A stretch of DNA of 63,305 nt, counting the filler, from Platydemus manokwari (lineage: Eukaryota): NCBI GenBank assembly GCA_037951405.1. It is 5 parts of 5 records of this genome, joined end to end, with 100 filler letters (N's around TTAATTAATTAA, not from the genome) between each part and the next. Parts side by side here need not be neighbours in the genome. Positions count along the whole stretch, not along the records: positions 37,001 to 47,947 come from JBBMOY011025524.1; positions 48,048 to 63,305 come from JBBMOY011313649.1; 3 more parts are not named here. The stretch is one strand, 5' to 3'. Position 1 is the stretch's first letter. Each line of letters begins with the position of its first letter. Made by a program: the position numbers and the translations under genes. The notes beneath the pieces were generated by a model. That model was not told the DNA's origin and did not search any database. It worked only from the letters and a program-made list of their open reading frames with translations. Positions 40,954-54,168 of this stretch are shown here, piece by piece.

Positions 40954-43946
40954 TGATGATATCAAGTTTGAAGTAGATTTATTTTCATATTCTCATGGGG
41001 TTTCCTAATGTTTCTATTAAATGTCTGATTTATTTAAATCGTGATTTTCCAATTTACGGTTATTAAAATCAATTGATGTTAATTATTTATATTCTACACA
41101 TTTGTTGGCTACTGTCATTTTATAAAACACGCTTTGTAAGTGAATTGAAAATCTCAACACATTAAAAGATATTTAAGCGCAATTCTCACAATACGTTGAT
41201 AATTCTTATTCACCGTGGGTTTAGATTTACCAATTAATGAATTGTCGAATTATTATAATGTATTACTATTATTATTAAATCAAAATGAAAATATATTTGA
41301 CCAAAGATGTTATTAATAAATATTATATCATATATTGACAATGTTTACATAAATGTGCTAAGCGACGGTCAATTAGAATGATCAATCAATATCTTCTACA
41401 GATACTTGTTTTCTTATCTATTATTTCGATAACTGAATTAGTTTAAGCTTTTATGATTCACTGTTTATCAATAATAGATCTTTGATTATGGTAAAGATGA
41501 TTCTTTTTACGGCAATAGCTTGTTTGTATATTTACCCTCAAAATTCAACAAGTAAATGCCACAGATGAGTATATTAATAAATATATTTAAAGCTTTTATA
41601 GGATCTTCATTGGGGATCTTGATTAAATGTTCGATTGATACTAATGGTATTTTATCTTTAAATATTCCTAATAAATTGATTATTAAGTGTCTTAAGGATA
41701 ATATTTATTTAATCTGAACATGTCAACAGTTATTTTCATATTAGCTTATAGGAATATTTATTGGTGTTATAGATAGGATCAAGGACAATGATCGATACTA
41801 TTTTGACACATGTAGAGAAAACGGGAATCATTTGCGATAGTCAGCATGTGATTTTACCGGTCCAAAGTGATACAAACATACCAGAACAACTTCGCACAAC
41901 AACAGTATCAGATATTAAATCATTACCAAATAAAATAATAGAAGCAATACAACAAAGATTCATCAAATTAATAAGAGCTCGTTCCAAAAATCGATATTTG
42001 GAGCGTTTATTACCCGCCCAAATGGTACAATTGAACAAATTTCTTCAACAATTTTCCAGTGAGATTTCATTGAGAACTGATGGTGACAATGAAATATCGG
42101 ATATTTTTACATCTTGTTTACACGTTTATACGGTCCGAATGGCTACCAGATTTCATAATGAACACAACGAGAAATTGATATTAATACTTGACAGTGATCT
42201 GTGGCGTGCAGCTGAGGTTCCTTCTCAACTACAGGTAATTTGTCAACGATTTGATTTATCGCAGATTTTTGATACATTAAATTATTAATGAATTTCCCGG
42301 GAGAATATCACTGAAACACACCAAATTAATTTCATGTGAGTTTCATGGACTTTTTCATTCGCTAATGTCAGATAAAAATATCCAATCACTTCACCCATTC
42401 AAAATGCATTCATTCATCAACATATTATCAGAAATCATCATGTCACCATTAGCATTGATTCGGATATATTTGGCATTTTACTAATCAATATATTAGCCTC
42501 TATTAGCCTATCATTATTAATAATTTCTGATATATTATTTTGATAATAATTTCAGTTATATTATTATTATCTAAAAAAAACCAAGTAATGTGATGTATTA
42601 AATATAAAATTCTATGTCAATTCTTGATCAATGATCAACGAATGTAGATCAGTAGGTCGAAAATGTTGTTATAATCGAGATATTCAAATGTGAGAAATAT
42701 AAATGATTGATAGATTCGAAATAGTGTTGTCTGATATTGATCGATATTATAAAGATCTATCATATGAATCCCAATATTTTTATCACCATATATCCTAACC
42801 CCTCCACATTATCACTAGCATATTAAATTACAAAGTAGATATAATTTATCCTATTTTATATATACACTGTGTTTTTCATGATTTCAAACGATCCGATTTC
42901 TATAATAAAAGTCTCAGTAATAACAGTTATTTGTATTATGAATTGATAAAAATTATTCTGTCGTTCTCATCAAATCCAGATATTTCAATACAAATCATAT
43001 CTGCATTAGTTTCTCATCATCAATTGGTTATTTTCTCATTCTCATATCATCTTTAATTATTTTTATCTTAACTAAGTTTTGAAGTGTCTTCTTAATGTTT
43101 TTTTTTATTAAGGAACTTGCTAAACATATTTCCAGTCAATCTGGTCTGTCATTATTGGATAAGAATGGTATTAACTCTATTTCTGCATCACAGCTCAGTA
43201 ACCAATGGTTACAACTTGATCATAACCGTTTCACAGTCGTAGCAGCAGCATTGATGCTTTTCCAAATGATTGTCGAGTATTGTCAATTTGCAATTGACTT
43301 GAAACAAATTCCTTCGATTCCAGAACTGTTATTAGGTCACCTTATTTCATTGTTGGAAACATTCAATTCTCGATCTTGTCAGTTGGTATTAGGTGCCAAA
43401 GCCAGGCAACTGGTAGAACTAGAAACTATTTCAGCGCGTAATTTAGCTCTCACTGCCCGATCTCTTCAATTTGTTCTCGCATTAACTCCTCGAATATCTA
43501 CTCAATTTTCAAATCTTGCCGATATCAAACCGAGCATTGCAGCACAGTTAACGAATGTTGAGCAGCAATATCGAGAACACATCGACAAGATAAATGTCAA
43601 ACTTATTTCACTCATGGAAGAACGGATAAAATCCATGATGTCCTCCTGGACCGGTAAACCACCGACACCTAGTCTCGAAACGAGAGCTATTTGTCAGCAT
43701 TTGATTAAGCTCCACGAAGCCGTTTGTGATGTCTATCAGATGTCGGGTGAAACAGAATTATTTCTCAAAATCCATAACATTTTCAAGGCTCACCTTCGAG
43801 CCCGAATTAGAGAAATGAATATTGTCATGGACAACGGACCTCAACACGGGATTGTTAAACTGGAATTGGCCTTTTATATGAATGTGCTGACGGGATTTTG
43901 CGGACTTAAAAAATTCACTGACAAATTCTCCGATATTTGGAGGTAA
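37864..43946 (+). CDS. VPS54: Vacuolar protein sorting 54 (GARP complex subunit), 5'-partial multi-exon gene: approx join(37864..37963,39229..39531,39580..39897,39939..40044,41777..42234,43113..43946)
   Basis: Motifs recalled from metazoan VPS54: TVHSTQAIIQTLLSSNDFCGALDLIAGTQ, LRHVHAQLVEMRKFVEKM, EKLILILDSDLWRAAEVP, LLETFNSRSCQLVLGAKARQLVELETISARNLALTARSLQ, GPQHGIVKLELAFY, C-terminal IW. N-terminal exons not found. Confidence 0.9.
39229..39897 (+). CDS. VPS54: VPS54 exon(s); probably contains a 48-nt in-frame intron at 39532..39579
   Basis: TTTCCCAG acceptor at 39228, GTATGT donor at 39898; ORF 39235..39918. Confidence 0.88.
39939..40044 (+). CDS. VPS54: Probable VPS54 exon after a 41-nt intron
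   Basis: TTTTAG acceptor at 39938, open frame IIFTDIQNDSFYSNQHIETIICQSTPFKQIIHRYI; weak GTTTCT donor; poorly conserved region. Confidence 0.45.
40878..40952. repeat. Imperfect (ATT)n microsatellite in VPS54 intron
   Basis: Directly visible. Confidence 0.9.
41777..42234 (+). CDS. VPS54: VPS54 exon (acceptor could be 41772 or 41776)
   Basis: ORF 41788..42288; RFHNEHNEKLILILDSDLWRAAEVPSQLQ followed by CAG|GTAATT donor. Confidence 0.85.
43113..43946 (+). CDS. VPS54: VPS54 terminal exon (Vps54 C-terminal domain)
   Basis: Poly-T tract plus AG acceptor at 43112; FNSRSCQLVLGA motif; stop TAA at 43944-43946; AATAAA near 44024. Confidence 0.93.
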   Translation, partial: ELAKHISSQSGLSLLDKNGINSISASQLSNQWLQLDHNRFTVVAAALMLFQMIVEYCQFAIDLKQIPSIPELLLGHLISLLETFNSRSCQLVLGAKARQLVELETISARNLALTARSLQFVLALTPRISTQFSNLADIKPSIAAQLTNVEQQYREHIDKINVKLISLMEERIKSMMSSWTGKPPTPSLETRAICQHLIKLHEAVCDVYQMSGETELFLKIHNIFKAHLRARIREMNIVMDNGPQHGIVKLELAFYMNVLTGFCGLKKFTDKFSDIWR

Positions 43947-46900
43947 AAAATAATTGGGCGGGGTTTTTTAAGAAAATATAAAATCTGTGATATTTGAGAA
44001 TGTTTGAGAAAATTTTTATTTTTAATAAATCTAGACCACTGATGCTGAGATATGTTTTCTATTTGAATTTGTTCCGTATAATCAGATATTAGCGATTATT
44101 GATTGAACAATTGTCAATTAATAGTTATTAGCATTGGTTATTTCGAGTACATGAGAAGTATCATAACGATATTGTGAGATCATTTTTTTTAAGGCGTGAT
44201 TTTTGTGTCATTATTTCAGCCAATTAAAATGAGTGATTGACGATTGATATCAAATCAAATTTTGATATATAAGTCTTCCGATATTGATTTAATATCTTAA
44301 AATTTGCACTTGACAATAAAAATAATTATAAAAATATACATGAAGAATATTTTTTATTGAGTAAACTAGCGGGTAATTATATAACACAACAAAATACCTT
44401 ATTAAATAACAGAAATATTAATAAATTATTTTTGATATTAATATTAAATGTTTCTATGAACGGCTGCTATACAGCAAAGGTCAGTGATAAGACATGTCAA
44501 TTTCATAAATAATCCCAGATTTTCATAATATAATATTACAATTCATGTATATGGCCTTGTTCTTACATGGAAACAAATATCTCTTGCACTAGTTTCAGGT
44601 TCTTCAGTAAGATCACTCTTATTATGTTGATCATACAATTTAGCAAAGATAATTTAGAATCAATCAATTGATGTTATAAATGTTATAAAATTTGTATTGG
44701 ATTTGATTGGAATTCAAAGATTGAGATTTTTTGGATTCTCTCATTCATCAAGATTCGTGCTACAGCTTCTCAACCGTTCTTGTTTTTCAAATTCTTCCCA
44801 ACCTTTCTTTTCATTGTTACCACATGTTGTCATTAATCGATCTCCTTCACTGACAATACGCATTTATTTGGAATGGTAGGATATTTTGACTACTCAAGCT
44901 CAGTATTTTTCTTCTTCGATTGTTCATATGGATTAATAATCATTAGTATTTTCTTATTATCAAGTCCACTGTCTGAATAAAGTACTAACTTACACCCTTT
45001 ACGATTTTCTCATCAATTATCTGACTCAAAAAACTAGCGTTCGATTTAACTGTAGTAATTTATATTGTAAACGGAGTAATTTGATAAATAATAAGATCAA
45101 TAAAATATAATTGTAGGGTACAACGAAGACTACAGCAATCATTAATATAAGCATGGTCAAATATTGAACAAATAAACTGGATTTTTAGGACAATTTGTTT
45201 GATTAATTAAGATGATATTGTGTTTTTAGTTATGTTTAGAAAGTACGATATTAAGGAAATCACTTTGAAGCCAATGGCTCTAAGAGACCTGTGGTGTCAA
45301 TAGAAACCTGAAAGTGGGTAGGTCTTAGGTTTCCGTATTTCCACCTTTTTGAGTTCATTTTAAAGTGATTTTAATCATTATTTATGATTTGGTTATTTTA
45401 GGTTTCAAGCCAAAATTTATTGATAGGTATTTTAAACAATTAAACTGCATCCTTTATAAATATGATAATTTATATATGATAATTTAGAAATTTACCAATT
45501 TCTTCACAGAAGTTTACGCTTCATCGGATGGATAGTAAGAATGAAATTTTCGTTATTGTCTTCGTGGTTATTTTCTTCTTGTTAATAAGGATTTTATGTA
45601 TCGTATGTAGAAATGTTATGCATAAGTAATATGAAATAATGTAGTTTAATGTTCGTATTAGGGCAAGCTTTGGTGTTTTGTTCTTCTATTTATATCGGAT
45701 TTTTTTGTTTTTCCTTTTTTCTAATTTAATATTTTTCATATACAATTTATCGATTCAGAAATTGTAATCTACTATTTTTGGATATTTTTAATTATTTATT
45801 CTTTTTAAAGATTCTGATATGTTTTGGGGTCACTCTCTTTTTACCTTGATTATTATTCTTTTCAATTTGATCAAGATCTAAGTCTTATCAGTACTCTGAG
45901 TCCGTCTTGATCCTCAGGTAGTATTTTAACCTATATGTGTTGATGTTATTTCGCCTCGACGATCTCGACTTATATAAAGATAAGCGGATCGGGGTAGAAA
46001 TAGGTTTGATTATTTTATTCTTATCTCTTACTCTATTAACGTGTCCTCACTCTTATTATCAGTCTCTTTAATCAATTCATTTAACAAAACTATTCCCAAA
46101 ATCGGTGGTGTAAGACAATGAACTTTATGTATTATGAACTTGTGATGTCCTATTTCAAATGGCAATTCAAAAATCAACTCAATGTTTATGCTACTATGGT
46201 TTATTAATAATTACAATTATACACTGAATTATAAATTATTACGTTATACAACAATGGTTATAAATGACTACTTATATGACAATTATATGCAATTAACTAT
46301 GAATATAAATTACTACAATTTACAATGATTTTAAACAAATATATTTATACTCTTAAACGATAGGATTAAATTCAATGTGCAATTCAATTTAAGCAGATCG
46401 AGGACCAACAAAACCCATCGTAATATTGGATCAGTGTCCGTTTCTTCTGAGTTTTTTCCGAACTCGGTTCGATATATAGGGAGAATTTATGGTGGCAAAA
46501 TTTATCTTCTCGATGATCGATACGTCACACACTTCTTAGTGCTTTCTTCAATGTAATAGGCAAATTCAGGCATATGATGTTTAACTGCCTTATATATGAT
46601 TTTTTGGACAATAGGGAAATATTGGGTTAGAATAATATATGCGGGCTTAATCTCCGCTTTAATTGTGACGACTTTTCACAATTCAAAAGGAATATTTCTC
46701 CGAGGTGTTAATGTCATTTTTAAATGCTGGTGAATTTGGGAAAAATATAGGGGTTTTTATAATTAATATTTTTGGTTGCTACGCAGAAATAAGTTTTTAT
46801 TAAGCTTATTTCTATTCTAATTGATTTATTTTTACCAAAACTAACTTGAAATATTATCTTAAATTAAAACGTTTTATAATTTTAATTATGATAAAAAGAA

Positions 46901-47947
46901 TTTAATATTAAACTCAAAATTCAAAATTAATTATTATTTATTTATTATTGACCAAGAATATTAATCGACTTTCTATTATTTGGATTATTTGGATTTATGT
47001 TTTAAACTTATACTTTTAAATAAAAAGAATTGCAAATGCACATTGAAAATAATATATTGTCCACGATAAAACATGATAAAAAGTTAACTACTACTATATA
47101 CCAAATCAAAACATGCAAAATTGTCAATAAAAACGTCAATTTTCCCGGAACCCTAACAATTATATTAAATTTATCTTTAGAGATTTACTTGAGTACGGTT
47201 CACTACCCAACAATACTAAAAATAGAATCAACTTTATAACATTGATAGAAAAACAAAACATTGCAATATATAAGACATTATTACGCAATTTCAGAATATT
47301 TCAAAGTCAGATAGAACACAATATATGTATCACAAATATACACAAAATAATGACGAAATTACTGTCATCTGTATTTTTACTATATTTAAATCACCAGGAA
47401 GTATATTATAACAATTTCGTATTAACTAATGTCTCTTGAACTTAAAATCATTATTTTTAACGCTCTATTCTGTTAAACAACGATAAAGTAGGAAATTTAT
47501 TTTAACAAAGTAGAAGAACACAGACACCAATAAATCACATTCTCAAAAATCATGAAGAGCGTCCGTTATGTTGGGGAAATGGCAAAAAGCAATAATTAAT
47601 CCAATCCAAAAAACTGTAACAATATCTGCAATTCAATCGAGACCAAAATTGTCTCGCTTTACTGCACAAATAGCATTTGATATCAATGTATAGTGTAGTA
47701 ATTTATTATTCATGAATATTGTAGTAGTTTTTATAAATTGGTGTATATCATGTATCAATTTTTGAGCTTGATTATTCAAGCATTGATTTTTGTATCAATT
47801 TTTATGTAAAGCTTGACTAATCAAGCATTGTATTTTATTTTTTATATTTTTAATTAAATTTTTATAATCAAGCATTTGGGTGATTTATTGAATTAATAAT
47901 AATGATAATAATAATTATGATAGCAATAAAAATAGTAATTTTTCGTA

Positions 47948-48047
47948 NNNNNNNNNNNNNNNNNNNNNNNNNNNNNNNNNNNNNNNNNNNNTTAATTAAT
48001 TAANNNNNNNNNNNNNNNNNNNNNNNNNNNNNNNNNNNNNNNNNNNN
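47948..48047. other. Assembly gap linker
   Basis: Same 100-nt structure. Confidence 0.97.
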
Positions 48048-49837
48048 TAAAATCACAAACGAATTATATCTAAGCATATTCTCGACGGTTTATAGAGCAC
48101 CACTCAATCTTGAGAAAAATATTTCAAAAATTATAACGAAAAGATTTATTGATTATAAAGATTTCTTGAATTATTATAACTGTAACCCAACTTTTAAGTG
48201 TACAAAACTATCAAAAAATCGATTCATTTATTTTTCGTTATTAATAAATATTTTATTTACCACATGTGCTCTATTTTTTAATTGGTGTAGTCCCTGTGTA
48301 AATCATTATTTTCATAGAGATAAAATCATCATAATCATCATCATTCATCATCTGTTTGAAAACAGTATGCCATGCATCATATATACAGAGACTGACAGGA
48401 ACAATAAGTAAACTTGTAAGACCATGGATGAGTCAGATGTAAAATAAAAACCTACATTAAATCCATTATCTACCCCGTTCTGCGCAAGGGCATATAAGAT
48501 GTCAGTTGGTTAAGGTTAACTTCTAACTTGATGGATGAAAAGAAATCATCAGATCAATAAATGTCGTAGATAGAGAAGACCAACATAAAAAATTTAACAT
48601 TAAGTTATTTTAAATTGTATATATTTATGCCTAATTAAGATTAACAATAAAAGCTCTCTGGAAAATTTTTTAAATTTATTTTAAAAATGTTTGATTTGTT
48701 TCTATTGATAAATAAGTTTCGAAAATCGCATAAATGAATTTTTCCATTGAATCTTCAATTTTAAATGAAGTAGTTATAAATACAAATTTATAAATATAAA
48801 TAAAATAATACAATATATAAAATATTATCAAAGATATACTCATAAACACAAATTTAAAATAATTGTAATAATAGAACACAAAAGTAAAACCTACCAAACA
48901 TTCAATAAAAGTAATTTGTTAAAAATTATCATTAAATTTGTTTTGGGATTGGAAATGATTTTGTTCTGCTGACTTTTGTGTTTGGAGATTGAACTGGAGA
49001 TTGATGGATTGGCGATATTTTTAAAAAAAATTGATTTGTGAATTTAAATCGGGAATAAATTATTTGGAATGCTATTTGATGGTGATGGATTTCACAAATG
49101 CTTTTTCACGTGTTGTTCATTAGAAATCTATCGCTATGATGACGAATAATCACAAAACCAATTGATAAACCAACAGGACATTCAAGAAAGAATAATTATG
49201 AGAGGCCGGTTGGGATAATTTGTGAAATGAATCTTGATATCAAAATAAGTAATGATTTAAAATATTAATAGCGAATATTAATAGATGATGATTCAGAAAA
49301 TAACGAAAAGATAAATCAAAATTCTTGATTCTCTTATCAAAAATTAATTTTCGGTAATTTCAACTAGTCTCGAAATATGATTTTTAAGCAGATTAAATGC
49401 AGAATTTTCTTGTCGTTTTTGACTATTATTGATTAGAATAGTTATTTCTTTTAATTTTCAAAAAAATAACGTCGAAGGCCATTGTAACCTAAATCTAGAA
49501 AACTTGGCATTAGTCTTGATCTATATCAGGCCTATAGCGCCTAATTGAGAAAGTTGATTTAAGGAAAGATAACGGCTTTATAAATTGATAACTTGGTTAA
49601 AAATGAGAAAAATCTTTTCCTGGTGGTTTTCAAGATTAAAAATGAGATTTCATGAATGAGTAGTAAAATTTAAAACAAATAGATTTATTAGAAACATTAA
49701 ATAAGGAATAAAAACACTTATTATGTAATTCTTATCAATTTTTATATCTGTCTATTGACAAACAAAGGTCAAGTGCTCTACGATTTCATCTATAATTTAC
49801 CAAACATGACAATAACATCATAATAATTAGAACTCTG

Positions 49838-49847
49838 ATGTCCACAA
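49838..49847 (+). CDS. PDX1: PDX1 exon 1 (micro-exon ATG TCC ACA A)
   Basis: ATG followed by GTAATC donor, CTAAT branch-like motif and TTTAG acceptor at 49887 (40-nt intron); phase joins in frame with exon 2. Confidence 0.7.
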
Positions 49848-52800
49848 GTAATCTGCTAATTTTTCATTATCGTTTAGATTTGTTTAGATTTAGCTCAATT
49901 CGGAACGTTCACTGTCAAGTCTGGCTTGGCACAGATGGCCAAAGGTGGATTGATTATGGATGTAGTTAATCCCGAACAAGCCCGTATAGCTGAAGAAGCA
50001 GGAGTATGATTTAATTTTTAAATTGATAAGAATACGTTCAACGGTATGAACAAATTGTAGATTATATTGCTGCGTGATTACTTTAAAATTATAACATTGC
50101 GAAAGCTTTATAATCGTGGTTGAATTATTAAAAATACTGTCTAATAAAACGGCCATCTATTCAAATATCTGTAACAGCGTATGTTGACACACATTATACA
50201 ATAACTTTAGCAACCATTAAAATGGTATAAAGTTATTTGATTATATTATTAACTCATTGATTGATTTCGTAAATTATATGAAGTAAATTTCCAAACATTC
50301 AATTCGACTAAATAGTTTTTACTTAAAGAAATTTTTAAGACAACTTATTTTAAATAAAACTGAATTTAATCAAATTTTTGATTTTAAAATTATTTATCGT
50401 GTCATAATTTTTAAAACAAACATCTAAATTAAGATTTTAAAAAATAAATTTTGGAAAATAAAATAAAATCAAGAATAAATTAAAGTTTAAAAAATATTAG
50501 ATAAATTTATGATTACATTAAATCCATTAACATTATAATTTTATTTCAGTAAATAAAGGAGCTTATAACAGGTGTAATGGAAGATTGTTGTTTCCGTTGA
50601 AAAAGATTGGATAAAACATGACATCAAATTAATATTTTAATTAATTATATTTTTGGAATAATTATGATGTTATCGCATGATTTAGTATTTCATAAGCAGA
50701 GTGCATTTATCAAAAAGGTCTCTTGTGTTTGTTATAAACGTGGAAATAATGCGAAATATATATTTTAATGTAAAGATTGTTATTATTATTACTATTATTA
50801 TTGTTATTCCTTTTATTATTGTCATTATTATTGTTATTTAGATTACTATTTCATGTATGTTGATATTAACAATATCCACACCTTTAAAAGTGGTATATAT
50901 TTAACATTCCATTATATTTTACAACAAATCAAAGACTTTCATAGAAATCTTTAAATGTGAATAAAGATCAGTCTCAATTTGAGATAAACTAATTCAGGCA
51001 TGTGCTGTGATGGCTCTTGAAAGAGTCCCAGCAGATATTCGCAAATTTGGAGGAGTTGCCCGGATGACAGATCCGCAAATAATCAAAGATATTATGAATG
51101 CAGTCACAATACCTGTCATGGCAAAAGTTAGAATTGGACATTTTGCAGAGGCACAAATCTTACAGGCCATTGGCGTTGATATGATTGACGAGTCAGAAGG
51201 TTGTTTAAATATTTACTGTTCTAGATATTGATATTTTGATATTTTTCAAATTGTTTTCAAGCATTTTTTGAAGTATTGCGAATGAAAATCTAAATCGAAT
51301 TTATATTTGAAATAATTATGAAGAAATTCACTCATTTTTCTGACATTTTATTACTTCATGAGTAAGTAAAATTTATGATTGTCTTTTAGAGTAATTTTTA
51401 CCGCACAATTTCCGTAGGTTTAGATATATTTTTATATCAATATTTTTAAATAGCTCAAGCTTTATTTGCGATTTGGCAAAGCCTTGGTACTCGAATAAAA
51501 TGCATCATATACATTATCCATAATCTCTTTAAATTTAAATTTGTAGATTTATTGTCAGTGATCTCTAACATTATATATATATATATATATATATATTCAT
51601 ACTTTTTAATTCTCTTTAAATTTTCACCAATTTTTTCATAATTTAAACAATATTTCCTTTCTGGTCATTTTATTTTAAAAGTTATCCTATGATCTTAAAA
51701 TTTTTTCTGATGATCTGCTCTGATCAGTAAAGGTCTAAGTATTCAAAAATTTAAGAAGGTATTCTTCTTTAGTTCTTAGTCCAGCAGACCCTTCGGATCA
51801 CGTCGATAAGACCAAGTTCACTATACCGTTTGTTTGTGGAGCTCGCGATCTCGGTGAAGCATTAAGAAGAATTAACGAAGGTGCAGCAATGATTCGAACC
51901 AAGGGAGAAGCTGGGACCGGAGATGTAATCGAAGCAGTCAGGCATGCTAAATCAATTAAACATAGCATTGAGGCTTTGCAAAACATGAATGAGAAAGAGT
52001 AAAAATTTATATTCCATTATAATAATGATTATATCTACATATTAGATAACATTAATTGATAATTGATACTACGTACATTAATTGATTATAAAACTTCGAA
52101 TTACTGATTCAAATCCACACATTGATTTTCTTAAGATTTTCCTATTTTGATTTTTCTAAAAGCTGAAGAACTTAACCAGAAATATTATACAATAAGAATC
52201 AATCCGAAACGAATAACAAATATTAAGTTATATAATCGATCTATGACGATAGGGAAAATGATCGGATTAATTCAAGGTGTCAGATTAATTTCTAAAACTG
52301 GCAGAGATATTAGAAAAAACAAATTAAATAATATTTATACTTTCGTCTTAATGATTAAATAATAATGGAATTTAATGAAAATCTGTGAAATATATTCTGT
52401 TTTTAAACTTCGTTCCAGAAATGAATTGTCATTTTTTCAAGATTAAATTTTAATAGTTATATCCCAGATAAATGATAAACGTAAGTAGAAAATATTTAAT
52501 AAACTTTATTATAATTTCGGTTCTAAATTTTTAGTTTTATATATTTTGGAATGATCTAAATGTTTCGAACTATTTCTAATATGATCTTTTAAATTAAAAC
52601 AAAAGTTTAATGATATAAAATGACCAACAAATTGACTTTTTTCTTAGACTGGAAGGTTATGCATCAATAATAAGAGTGCCGGTAGACTTAGTAAAAATGA
52701 CCAGAGATTTGCGAAAGCTCCCGGTCGTAAATTTTGCTGCTGGTGGATTAGGTAAGATGAAACAATTTTTATGCGATACATTTCTAATGATTCTGTTTAT

Positions 52801-54168
52801 TGATCAAAGCTGAACAAAACCAATATTTAATACTAGATAATTATTTAACCTGTTATTTAGCAACGCCAGCTGACGTGGCTCTTCTGATGCAACTTGGTGT
52901 GGAGGGAGTTTTTGTCGGTTCGGGAATATTCAAGTCAGATAATCCTAAAAAGAGAGCCGAAGCTATGGTTAAAGCAGTGACACATTTTAATGATGCTAAG
53001 ATCTTAGCAGAGATAAGTGAAAATCTGGGTGAAGCCATGGTAAGATTAAAAATAAATGATCACAGTTTATAAAGACGTAAAATGTATGTTGGTGATATTG
53101 GATGTTAGTTAAGAGGTCGTGATTTTCAAACCATCCCATGGGTGAACGATTGATTTAAAGTAATATCTAATACTAGTGAGTAGAAAGGATTATAAAACTA
53201 CTACATCGATGAACTACATGTTAGAGTTATCAATGGTTCAATTAGGAAACCCGCAAAACTGTACCGCATTAAAAATTTATTTGCTTATTTAAGAATGCTT
53301 GTCTTTCCACAAGAGTTCAAACCTTTCCTCCTTTCGTTAATTAAATTTTATATATTTAAAGTTATTATTTCTGTACAGGCCATGTCTTGCTACATAAAAA
53401 ACAATTAAATACATTCATGATAATTTAAAGTCTGAATGTTGCTATTCTTACCATAATGGACCAATCGCACCAGTATATAGTTATATATACATTACTATCA
53501 AAATGTTTTGAAATTCAATTGAAAAAAAATTAGAATGATAGTTCATCTATTTTAACAACTACATTTTCTTCATTGATAACTGAAGTGTGTAAAAATAATT
53601 CTCATTGTATAAATTTGAAAAGAAATTTATTTATCAATAAAGGCAACCTTATTTGACGGTTTTTATAATCAAATAATGTTCTGTTCAACTCTGATTATGG
53701 TTTTTGTACTATGTAGATAAAATCTTTAGGTTTATTTAATTCATAAAACAATCATGTCGTCATTTATACACTGCCTTTACTGTGATTGAGGAATCGATAA
53801 GTAAATTATTTGACACTGACTCTTGAACAAATCATTCGCAATCAGTGTCGATAATATTTGATGAAAATCTGATTCATTTCCAACTCCTTTAACATAAAAT
53901 AGTCCTCAGTACAATTTTTTGTGGCTGTACTGTAAATACTAAATACTTTCAGTTTATTTTTAACATGAAAGTTTTTGTTTGTAAATCTTATGTTTGTTTG
54001 ACTCTTTACCAAAACAACCTCAATGTTTATTTTTATTTTTCGTTCATTGATAGTATAAATAAATATTTATAATTAATTGAAGCTTTTAATGAATTTTTTA
54101 AAAATCAGGTTGGCATATCATGTGACAGTGTTGTTCAAAAGTGGAGTCTGAGAGAAGGCAAAGAATAA
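49838..54168 (+). CDS. PDX1: Pyridoxal 5'-phosphate synthase subunit PDX1/SNZ (PdxS), complete 7-exon gene, 298 aa: join(49838..49847,49888..50003,50998..51199,51773..51998,52648..52751,52861..53039,54109..54168)
   Basis: Hand-spliced exons total 897 nt with consistent phases and GT-AG ends: [68 protein letters not shown]...[34 protein letters not shown]...[40 protein letters not shown].../...[40 protein letters not shown]...[24 protein letters not shown]. All hallmark SNZ motifs are present. Confidence 0.96.
49888..50003 (+). CDS. PDX1: PDX1 exon 2
   Basis: Encodes [34 protein letters not shown]; ends at GTATGA donor. Not in the ORF track. Confidence 0.93.
50998..51199 (+). CDS. PDX1: PDX1 exon 3
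   Basis: TTCAG acceptor; [15 protein letters not shown]...MAKVRIGH...IDESE; overlaps ORF 51007..51231. Confidence 0.95.
51773..51998 (+). CDS. PDX1: PDX1 exon 4
   Basis: TTTAG acceptor; VLSPAD...[33 protein letters not shown]...; GTAAAA donor. Confidence 0.95.
52648..52751 (+). CDS. PDX1: PDX1 exon 5
   Basis: CTTAG acceptor; [34 protein letters not shown]; GTAAGA donor. Confidence 0.93.
52861..53039 (+). CDS. PDX1: PDX1 exon 6
   Basis: TTTAG acceptor; [26 protein letters not shown]...LGEAM; GTAAGA donor. Confidence 0.95.
54109..54168 (+). CDS. PDX1: PDX1 terminal exon 7
   Basis: ATCAG acceptor; [19 protein letters not shown] completes the conserved GEAMVGI motif; AATAAA about 40 nt downstream. 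Confidence 0.85.
   Translation, partial: VGISCDSVVQKWSLREGKE

Noticed and set aside
39557-42038. Minus-strand ORFs 39557..39823 and 41841..42038
   Set aside because: Antisense shadows of VPS54 exons.
51798-53038. Minus-strand ORFs 51798..51986 and 52853..53038 (also 49890..50156)
   Set aside because: Antisense shadows of PDX1 exons.
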